Positions 55,922 through 64,000 of a DNA stretch of 64,000 bases are shown here, one piece after another. Under the pieces are notes generated by a model. That model was not told where the DNA came from and did not search any database. It was given only the letters and a program-made list of their open reading frames with translations. Position numbers and translations under genes: made by a program. How positions within the stretch are numbered: the stretch's first letter is position 1; the number at the start of each line of letters is the position of its first letter. The stretch is from a virus, in IMG/VR virus record IMGVR_UViG_3300020392_000004; one strand, 5' to 3'.

Positions 55922-58900
55922 TATGCTAATGCCATGACTCTCAATGCAGATACCATTGGAACTACACTAGAGTTTTGACCTTGTCCTACAATTTTAATTA
56001 TGAAAGAAGAGAACTCTGGCAAGTCATTTACGGTATATTCATATTCCTTAAAGTTTCTTGCATCATTCTCAACTGCACTATCGGGTGAACCATCTGTATT
56101 AAAGAATTCAAATCCTATATCGTCAAGTGGTGTTTGTTCGTCACTCTTGACAATTTTAAACATATACTTCAATTCAGTTGTCGGTGGTCTAAAGTTATCT
56201 GCAATCACCTTGAGTGAAGTAGCTGGATTTTTAAGGTTTACCTTTCTTGTCACATAGATAAATGCATTTTGGTCACCTTCGGGTTCTGTTGAAGGTATAT
56301 GTGTAATATCTGATGGTAATGACACCGTCACTCCGTCAACTTTCTTACCACTTTGATTATCTATGTTATTAATTCTATTTGATATTGCAATACAACCAAT
56401 CGTTCCAACATCTATCACTGGTGATACATTTGGATTTCTTGACAACATTTGAGTTATCAATCTGAATGACCTTTGTGATTGCATTTTATTTGTTTCGTTA
56501 ACCACTGAAGCAACTATGCCTGGAGCGTCTAGGAATGTATTATCATTCAGTGTTATAAAGTTGTTTGTTGTTCTTCTATTGTAAACTGTATCTCCTGAAC
56601 TTATGAATCCTTCTGGCGATTTCATTGCAGTTGTATTGATACTTGATACTACTTTACAACTTCCAACTTGTGTAGAAGGTATCATAGTATGTAATGAATC
56701 AAAGATATAGTTTCTAGATACTTGGACTGATGAACCACCACCTGTTGTTGTTTCTAATGCAGTATAACCACTTACAAATTTACTTTTATCTATAAAACTA
56801 GTTAGATTACATGCAACATTGAATGAATCAATACCTATATTTGCAACACCATTAGTTGAGGAGTCTCCAAATGTTGTATTGATTGCAGCGACTGGGATAC
56901 CTCCTAGTGTATCACCGATTGCCACCACTGTGATTGTTAAGTCTGCTGTTCCACCGTCAAAGTTATCGAATGTGACTGTATTACCGACTGCATATCCTTG
57001 GCCTGGATTTACAATTCTTATACCATTTGTTGTCCCTATTGCACCACTTGCTATCTCTACATTTATTATCATACCTGTTCCACTTCCATCTGTGGAATCA
57101 GCAGTTTGTGCGTTATGATTACCGTCACTTGGTGTCTCTGATAAACTTGGACTTCCTACTTCTAATACAGAACCTACTCTATCTCCGACTACTCCTGATA
57201 TTTGAACATTTGAACTTTCGTCATATAATCCATGATTGTATGCAGAAACTTTCACATTATTACTACTTACAGTTGTTAATAATGGATTTTTTCCTAATGT
57301 ATCTAATTCAAGGTCTTTATTTTCAAAATGTATAGCAGGAATTTTAGTAGTATCAAACTTACATATCTTCATAGTAAATTTCATATCATCTGTTTGTTCT
57401 GCTGTCCATGTTGAAGCATTCTGTGATAAGAATAATGAACCTGCGTATGGTTGACCTGATATCTGTTGTCCTGAAGCTAAATCAGTTTCACCCATTCTTG
57501 ATATCCATTGTTCATATTCATTTGAGTTTGAGTAAACAATCAATGCATATTCTTTCTTCTCTTCAACATAAACTGGTGATTCGAATGAGAATGTTGTTGC
57601 AACTGTTCCGTCAGCAGATATATTAACATCACTTGGATTCTTTGTGACTGTTGAGAAAGGTAATACTATTTGGCCTGGATATCCATTTACCATGTTTCTA
57701 ATTTCAACTGAAACTGGCATGTGTGTATCTTTTGCTTGGAAGAATACATCTACGGAAGATATAAACATTCCTCCACTTGCCTCACATAAGAATGATTGTG
57801 CAAGTGGGTCACCCCAACCTCTTTCTAACCTAGAACCAATTCTAAATTCTAATTCAGGTGGTAAAGGTGGAACTGGTATTGCTGGTGGTTCTGGCACCTC
57901 TATTGGGAATACAATTACTGGGTCTGCCACAATAGGTTCAGGTATCGGTATAGTATCGACTGGAATATCGGGTGCAATCGTATCGGTTGGAGATATGTTT
58001 AATCTTTCACCTCTTCTTTGTATCTGTCTCTCACCCTCTGTTAATTGTGATATAACTCTTCCATTCCTTGTTGAAACAATTTCTGTTTGTGAACTTGACA
58101 ATAATCCTTGAGCTTGGTATACTGCTGAACCTGAACTTGGTGGATTAGATAAGTTATGGAATGAAGAGGTTAACTTTAATTCTCTTTGTCCTGTAGGGAA
58201 TCTTTGAGTTTCAGTATTTGGTAATTCAAAGAACCCTCTCAATCTTCCATTACCGTCTGATTTAAGATTTGAAGAGACTGTAGTTCCACCGTCCTGTGAA
58301 TATGCAGTTGATTGTGGTCTCACAAACTTATCTACTCTGATTCCGTCAAAGAAGAAGTAATGGTTTGTATTTGGTTTTAAGTTTGTTGCATCTATCTCAA
58401 TAGTTCTTGCCCTCATGAAAGGGATAATTGCAACTGATACTATTCTATCGTTTCTTGTTTCTACAAAATCTTCTACAACACTTGTAGTGATACCTGTTCT
58501 AGTTTGTATCTCGGGTGACTCTGTAATTTCTCTAGTGACTTCTTGACCCGCTTGCCATTCACCACCTTGAGCTGGGTCACCTGACCATGAACCTGCTGTA
58601 GTTGATTGAACTTCTGATTCAACTGATGAAGGTTCTCCAACCCATGTTGTTTGCCATGAGTTCCAAACTGTTCCTAAAGAGTTTCCAACTCCTGACATAA
58701 CAGCGTCAAAGTTTCCTTCTCTATTAACTCTAACATCGGGTAATCTTTCTGTATCGTTCCATATGTCGGTGCCTGGCGTTAATTTAACATTACCGATAAA
58801 TGCAAAGACATGATATGGGTTAACATTAATATGTCTTGAAGCTTTATCTTGATTAATATAATTTACTTCTGTAAATGGTAGAGTAATCAAGTCACCAGTC

Positions 58901-61900
58901 TGTTGATAGTTCGTTGAATTTGTTGTATCTAAATTCAAATCAAAGAACTGTTGCATATTTTGAGGTCTTAACATACCCATTTTTGTATCGATAGAACATT
59001 TATAATCGGGGTGGTTAACATCACCAATCTTATGTCCTCTAAAGTTATCGACCAAGAATCCTGACTTGAATCTATCGAATCCGTCTGCATCTAATACCTG
59101 TGCAGATTGTGTATCTTTTTCTAATAGAGATAGGGAAGTGACTCTTTCTAGGTTTGTGACTCTTTTATTAATACGACCTATGTCTTTCATGGTGTATCGT
59201 CTATGGTCAAAACTTCTAACTTTAATCTCTGATAATTTTTTTGTAAATGCTGGTATGAACAATTCAAACATTTCTATTGAATCGTCAATTGCTTTAGGTC
59301 TAGTTGGTGATAATGACGGGATACCTGTTGATATTTCAAATAGTCCGTCTTTACCAAGATAGATTCTATCTATTCTAGAAGTATAGAATTCTATATCTCC
59401 AACTGTTGCACCACCCTTCATAGGTGTGTCTAAAGCAGCTGCACCTGCTCCTGTAAATACTTTGTTTTCATATTTGAATGGGTCACCACTTAATCCACTT
59501 GATATGTTTGCTGGACTACTTGGGTCGGGATTTGCAGAAGAGAAGTTTGCATCTGAAAATAATTGTGCAACTGTTGGTCTATAATCGACTGCATCTGATA
59601 GTTCGTATTCACCATCAGGTTCTAATCCACCCATATCTATTCTGTTCGGTGAGTAAACTGGTATTTCTTTATAGTCTAAACCTGCGTCTGTATATGAATT
59701 TACATCATAAAACTCTCCACCATTTGAAGTGAAGTTATCGAAGACTATGAGAATTGAATTGTTTGGTGTAGGTTCACCAGGCTTCAGTGTAATTTTTGCA
59801 ATATCATAGAAACCATCTCTCTGACCATTGTCAAAGAAATATCTTTGTGTGATATTATCTGACCCTGTTGTTATTAGGTCTATATCTGCAGCTGCATTTG
59901 TTATTTGACCTACACATGTTTCTCCGTCTGTAAAGACAAAGTCATTTAAGTAATAGAAAAATGTTGACCCTGAATTTGCATATTTAACAATTCTTGCTTG
60001 GGCACCTGATGTTTGACCTATGATTACTTCGTCTTTTACAAAGTCTGTTCCTGTATAAGAAGCACCACCTAATCTTCCACTTGGAGGTAAAGGTGTAGAA
60101 CCACCGATACCTTCATAGACTGCTCTAACTGATAATACATCTGCAACACCTAATGTTATGTCTTTGTTATCATAACATGTTCCGTAATCTGAAGCACCTG
60201 CTACAAATGCAGTATCTACTATTGCACAACGAGACCTATTTAATACTTTGTTTCTATGTTCAGGTGAATCGTCAATAACTGTAAATGATACTAGATATTT
60301 TACTCCGTCTGAAGCAGTAGTATCGAACTGAATCGATTGACCACCACCACCGAGGTTAGATGCAGTTGGAGGTGAACTTGCAAAATCTATCTCTGCACCT
60401 AATACATTTCCTCCACCTGTATTACCGTCAGTATTTAAAATTGATAACTGGAAATTATCTCTATCTACTGTAGAGAAGGTTTCACCTGCTCCAGTTGTGA
60501 TTGTGACCTTACCACCTGAAGCTGCAATCACTTTTTGTCTTCTTATTGATATTCTATCAGGTGTATGTTTTTTTACATAATCTCTTGGCCATGCATATAT
60601 TGCTACTGCTTGGTCTTGGTCAAATAGTTTGACTCTCCTTCTTGTTGCAGAAGGGTTGACATCAAATGCTGTGACACTACTTGTTGCAACTGTTTGAGCT
60701 GTGACTGAATCTGTGACGGTAGAAATTACTTGTTCGTCACCATTACCATCGATAATGATATCACCCTCTTTAAGTTCAGCAGTAAATCTTGTTCCAAAAC
60801 CAGTGATATTACCATTGGCTGCAATTGATACACTTCCTGTTAATGTGTTATCACCGTCTGCAACTGCATCTGCTGTAAAGTCTGCATCACCTGAACCACT
60901 TCTTTCTTGTCCTATACCTCTAACTCTGTCTATGTTAAATGTTCTAACTTGGTTTGCAATACCTCTAAAGTTTTCTCCGACTACAGTGAATGTTGCAGTT
61001 CCGTCACCTTCTGATGTAATTGTCTCACCATGCACGAATGTTCCTACAACATCATGAACATACATATTTACACCGTTGACATGACCTACGATACCTGTTG
61101 CACCTGATGTTCCACCGATAACTCTATCACCAACATTTGAATTTGATATTGAGCTACCAGCTTTTAATTTAGTGAACATTTTTATATCAAAGAGATATAA
61201 ACCTGTGTTATCGTTTGTGGCTCCAAAGTTGTCTATATGTCTAACTCTTGCAAAACCAATATGGTCTTCACTGTTTAGTGTTCCTGCTACTGCTGTGATA
61301 CTTGGGAATAATTTACATATTGCATATGGTGTGATTGCACTTGCACCACTCTCATTACCAAAATCGGGAAACCCAAAACCATTTTTGACTTTTATGAATT
61401 GTCCTAATCTTGTTGGAGTATTTGCAGTATTTAATGTGACTGTTTGTCTTGCTTTGTTTATGTTTAGATTGGAAGTTCCAATTTTATCTATCTCATATCC
61501 CTTAACATATGCCTTTCCTGGCGATACTTGGAATACAAATTTTTCTTCTTTACCACCTTGTGCTTTGAGATAGAATCCTCTGTTTGTTGAATCGTCTAAA
61601 TGTTCTCTTAAACTATGTGTAAACTGATTGACTATGAAATCACCGTTTGCATCGAAAGTTCTTCGTGCAAGAGTGTTTTCAATCTCTGTATACATAGGTC
61701 GATTAGTATGAAGTTCAATCTGACCTTTGTTAACTCTAACTAACTCTATGAAGTTTGCATCTTCTGTGGAAGTTAAATCATATTTGGAAAGAGTTAATGT
61801 AAACTTGAGTCTATCAGCACCAGCTGCATTTTCATTTGAAGTTCCCTGTGCATTATCATAGAGAGAACTATCTTCTGCAACTGATATTAATTCTTCTTTT

Positions 61901-62580
61901 ATTGTAAGACCTATTCTATTTGAAGGTTTTGCATTGTATTTTTCTAGAATTAATTGTTGTTCGTCTACTTTTACAAAGAATCCTCTACAAAATACTACAC
62001 CCTCTGATATATTTGCAATAGAAGTTCTTCCAACTGGAGTTGTTGAAGCAGCTGCTACTTTAAAATCATTATTACTTGCTGTATCTTCTGCTACTGTTCC
62101 ACTTGAATCGAATCCACACTTAACTAAAGTTTCGTCTCCAGCGAATGAGAATGAGTTGTTTGCATCTGTTCCTTGTCTTTCTAATCGAACATATAGAGTA
62201 ATGAAATCTGTTGAGGTTTCTGCATCTGAATTGATAACTTTTGCAACGACACCTGTTGTTTGTCCTTTTATAAACTGACCATGGTAAGAAGTTCTGTATG
62301 ATTCTACTGCAGCGTCACCACTTGAATTAGGGTTTGCAGCTAAAACTTTTACATAATATAAATCAAAGTCAATATCTGACTGGGCTCCTGTGACGATGGA
62401 ACCTTCTTTGAAGAAATGGTCACCGAATCTTTCTATTTGATTCTGTAATACAGATTGTGATTGTGTTAGTTCCCTTGCTTGTAAGGGACGACCAGCTCTG
62501 TATAACAGTTTATGAAACTGTTTTGATTCCGAATAATCATCGTAATAGGGTGATATGTTTAAATCAGTCTTTTCTGCCAT
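55921..62580 (-). CDS. Large virion structural protein (DUF4815/VrlC-like)
   Basis: LNISPYYDDY, PLQARELTQSQ, AAGADR, LARRT.D..GDF, YTMKDIG, RFKSGF.VDNF, DPLAQSF. Confidence 0.88.
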   Translation of the reverse strand: MAEKTDLNISPYYDDYSESKQFHKLLYRAGRPLQARELTQSQSVLQNQIERFGDHFFKEGSIVTGAQSDIDFDLYYVKVLAANPNSSGDAAVESYRTSYHGQFIKGQTTGVVAKVINSDAETSTDFITLYVRLERQGTDANNSFSFAGDETLVKCGFDSSGTVAEDTASNNDFKVAAASTTPVGRTSIANISEGVVFCRGFFVKVDEQQLILEKYNAKPSNRIGLTIKEELISVAEDSSLYDNAQGTSNENAAGADRLKFTLTLSKYDLTSTEDANFIELVRVNKGQIELHTNRPMYTEIENTLARRTFDANGDFIVNQFTHSLREHLDDSTNRGFYLKAQGGKEEKFVFQVSPGKAYVKGYEIDKIGTSNLNINKARQTVTLNTANTPTRLGQFIKVKNGFGFPDFGNESGASAITPYAICKLFPSITAVAGTLNSEDHIGFARVRHIDNFGATNDNTGLYLFDIKMFTKLKAGSSISNSNVGDRVIGGTSGATGIVGHVNGVNMYVHDVVGTFVHGETITSEGDGTATFTVVGENFRGIANQVRTFNIDRVRGIGQERSGSGDADFTADAVADGDNTLTGSVSIAANGNITGFGTRFTAELKEGDIIIDGNGDEQVISTVTDSVTAQTVATSSVTAFDVNPSATRRRVKLFDQDQAVAIYAWPRDYVKKHTPDRISIRRQKVIAASGGKVTITTGAGETFSTVDRDNFQLSILNTDGNTGGGNVLGAEIDFASSPPTASNLGGGGQSIQFDTTASDGVKYLVSFTVIDDSPEHRNKVLNRSRCAIVDTAFVAGASDYGTCYDNKDITLGVADVLSVRAVYEGIGGSTPLPPSGRLGGASYTGTDFVKDEVIIGQTSGAQARIVKYANSGSTFFYYLNDFVFTDGETCVGQITNAAADIDLITTGSDNITQRYFFDNGQRDGFYDIAKITLKPGEPTPNNSILIVFDNFTSNGGEFYDVNSYTDAGLDYKEIPVYSPNRIDMGGLEPDGEYELSDAVDYRPTVAQLFSDANFSSANPDPSSPANISSGLSGDPFKYENKVFTGAGAAALDTPMKGGATVGDIEFYTSRIDRIYLGKDGLFEISTGIPSLSPTRPKAIDDSIEMFELFIPAFTKKLSEIKVRSFDHRRYTMKDIGRINKRVTNLERVTSLSLLEKDTQSAQVLDADGFDRFKSGFLVDNFRGHKIGDVNHPDYKCSIDTKMGMLRPQNMQQFFDLNLDTTNSTNYQQTGDLITLPFTEVNYINQDKASRHINVNPYHVFAFIGNVKLTPGTDIWNDTERLPDVRVNREGNFDAVMSGVGNSLGTVWNSWQTTWVGEPSSVESEVQSTTAGSWSGDPAQGGEWQAGQEVTREITESPEIQTRTGITTSVVEDFVETRNDRIVSVAIIPFMRARTIEIDATNLKPNTNHYFFFDGIRVDKFVRPQSTAYSQDGGTTVSSNLKSDGNGRLRGFFELPNTETQRFPTGQRELKLTSSFHNLSNPPSSGSAVYQAQGLLSSSQTEIVSTRNGRVISQLTEGERQIQRRGERLNISPTDTIAPDIPVDTIPIPEPIVADPVIVFPIEVPEPPAIPVPPLPPELEFRIGSRLERGWGDPLAQSFLCEASGGMFISSVDVFFQAKDTHMPVSVEIRNMVNGYPGQIVLPFSTVTKNPSDVNISADGTVATTFSFESPVYVEEKKEYALIVYSNSNEYEQWISRMGETDLASGQQISGQPYAGSLFLSQNASTWTAEQTDDMKFTMKICKFDTTKIPAIHFENKDLELDTLGKNPLLTTVSSNNVKVSAYNHGLYDESSNVQISGVVGDRVGSVLEVGSPSLSETPSDGNHNAQTADSTDGSGTGMIINVEIASGAIGTTNGIRIVNPGQGYAVGNTVTFDNFDGGTADLTITVVAIGDTLGGIPVAAINTTFGDSSTNGVANIGIDSFNVACNLTSFIDKSKFVSGYTALETTTGGGSSVQVSRNYIFDSLHTMIPSTQVGSCKVVSSINTTAMKSPEGFISSGDTVYNRRTTNNFITLNDNTFLDAPGIVASVVNETNKMQSQRSFRLITQMLSRNPNVSPVIDVGTIGCIAISNRINNIDNQSGKKVDGVTVSLPSDITHIPSTEPEGDQNAFIYVTRKVNLKNPATSLKVIADNFRPPTTELKYMFKIVKSDEQTPLDDIGFEFFNTDGSPDSAVENDARNFKEYEYTVNDLPEFSSFIIKIVGQGQNSSVVPMVSALRVMALA

Positions 62581-62613
62581 AGTTTACTCTTATGTTGTTA
62601 AGATGTAATCAAA

Positions 62614-64000
62614 TTACATCTGAATAATCAGTTTAATATCTTCGATTTGGTCTGCAGCTCTTGTCACTGCACCCCTATTTTCGACATACATGATATTACC
62701 TGAATATTTTACTATTTCAGGGAATGAAGAATCTACTGAACTTACTGTTCCGATACTTGAACTCCCTTTATAGATTGTATCTGTTGCAGAAAAGTTTACA
62801 TATGTTCCACCACTGTTTGCTTGTGGGATATGAGAAACTACATTTCCACTAATTGATACTATTCTAGAAACTGCCACACCTGAACCGTCTGCATTTGCAT
62901 CACGGATAATGTCGTCTACTGATAGACCTGTGACAGATGACAATGTCATTTTGTTATAAGCTGCATAGTTAGCGTCTGTTGCAACTGTTGTTCCTGTAGA
63001 GAATGGGTCTTGAATCAAACCAATTCGTCTGAAATCGTTATCTGTTGGGAAATCACCTGAACCTTCAGCAAACTCTAATCTAGAGTTCACCATAACAAGG
63101 TTTCCACCTAATTCTTCGACTGGGTTTGCACCGTGTCCATATAAAGGTGATATGATAGGTGTGACCACTGCACTTGTGGTAGGAGTTCCAACTCCTGATA
63201 TACCGTCAATATTAATTGAAGCTCTTCGATAACCTGTTCCATTATTTGTGACTGTTATATGTGATACAACTCCTGATGCATTAACATGAACTGTGCATTG
63301 TGCAGAAGAACCGTCACCATTAATAGCAACAGTTTCATGTGTTTGTGAGGCTGTATAACCAGCTCCACCGTTCACAACTTTAACATGTAAAATACCACCG
63401 TCTATTGCGTCATTCTCTACATTCCATTGTGAACTTCCGTCATCGGATACTCCACCTAGAGCAGTCTTTGCACCAATAGTTTTAACAGGCATGAAATCTG
63501 TAGTAGTAAATTTAATTGTATCGGCAGCTGATACAGTATACATATACTTCCAAAGATATCCTCGTCCTGTCACGGTTCCAGTATCACTAGTTTCAACTAA
63601 TGCAGTTGAACTTGTTCCTGTTGGTTTTACTGTTGATTTTTGAAGAACTCCATTTGCATCTGTTCCTGTTCTAATACATTTGTAAACATTGAAATCCTCT
63701 GTGATTACATAAAATTTTGAATCGTATAGATTACTAGAGGAAGTTGCATTTGAAGTTGAAGAAGCTGATATTTCATGGTCATACTGGTCGTATATAGTAT
63801 TTCCTGTTGAGTCCCAGTTTCTTCGTGATAGTGCATGAGAAACATCTGCTGAAGATACTTTCTTCAATGCTACCATATCTGAATATGCGTCCATTTCTTC
63901 ACCTACTGAATTTGCTGGTGAAGGTGGTGCCGTGTCGTCTGTCCAAGGGAAAGGTCTCCCAATGAACATATATGTCGAGGAAGTTCCTTCCCCAAAATCT
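62614..64000 (-). CDS. gp8: Baseplate wedge subunit gp8 (5' end outside window)
   Basis: FIGRP.PW, FYV.T.DFNVYKC, GYLWKYMY, GHGANPVEELG, YSG.IMYVENR..V.RA.DQ.EDIKLI. Confidence 0.9.
   Translation of the reverse strand, partial: DFGEGTSSTYMFIGRPFPWTDDTAPPSPANSVGEEMDAYSDMVALKKVSSADVSHALSRRNWDSTGNTIYDQYDHEISASSTSNATSSSNLYDSKFYVITEDFNVYKCIRTGTDANGVLQKSTVKPTGTSSTALVETSDTGTVTGRGYLWKYMYTVSAADTIKFTTTDFMPVKTIGAKTALGGVSDDGSSQWNVENDAIDGGILHVKVVNGGAGYTASQTHETVAINGDGSSAQCTVHVNASGVVSHITVTNNGTGYRRASINIDGISGVGTPTTSAVVTPIISPLYGHGANPVEELGGNLVMVNSRLEFAEGSGDFPTDNDFRRIGLIQDPFSTGTTVATDANYAAYNKMTLSSVTGLSVDDIIRDANADGSGVAVSRIVSISGNVVSHIPQANSGGTYVNFSATDTIYKGSSSIGTVSSVDSSFPEIVKYSGNIMYVENRGAVTRAADQIEDIKLIIQM

Noticed and set aside
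1650-62278. Plus-strand and alternate-frame ORFs in the track
   Set aside because: They are antisense or frame shadows of well-supported minus-strand genes, with no recognisable motifs.
1-64000. tRNA, rRNA, integrase or transposase
   Set aside because: None recognised by eye; intergenic gaps are short. A tRNAscan/Infernal run would be needed to exclude RNAs formally.

Overview
A 64-kb, AT-rich segment of a T4-like (Tevenvirinae/Kyanoviridae-style) marine myophage genome. Essentially all genes are on the minus strand. Read in transcription order (right to left) it contains: baseplate gp8 and a 2219-aa virion protein; tail-fibre modules; a cluster of modifying enzymes (glycosyltransferase, 2OG-Fe(II) oxygenases); neck gp13/14, gp15, terminase gp16/17 with a PRMT-like methyltransferase between them; gp18-gp23, gp3, uvsY, uvsW; five tiny membrane ORFs plus an alternative oxidase; gp55, gp47/46, peptide deformylase, cobT/cobS-like genes, gp45/44/62, regA; and a late-promoter curli-like operon (CsgF, CsgG, two secreted beta-repeat proteins, FecR, CHASE2 sensor). 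The most striking signal is in three Gln/Pro/Tyr-rich fibre-associated proteins. ORFs 45436-46947 and 44537-45433 each have 31 proline-anchored repeat units whose lengths are exact mirror images, and each unit type consistently faces a specific partner type. ORF 52824-54419 shows the same pairing within one chain. This suggests an antiparallel 'complementary repeat code' zipper fibre, with a HINT auto-processing domain at the predicted tip. All calls come from reading the sequence and recognising motifs; no database searches were run.
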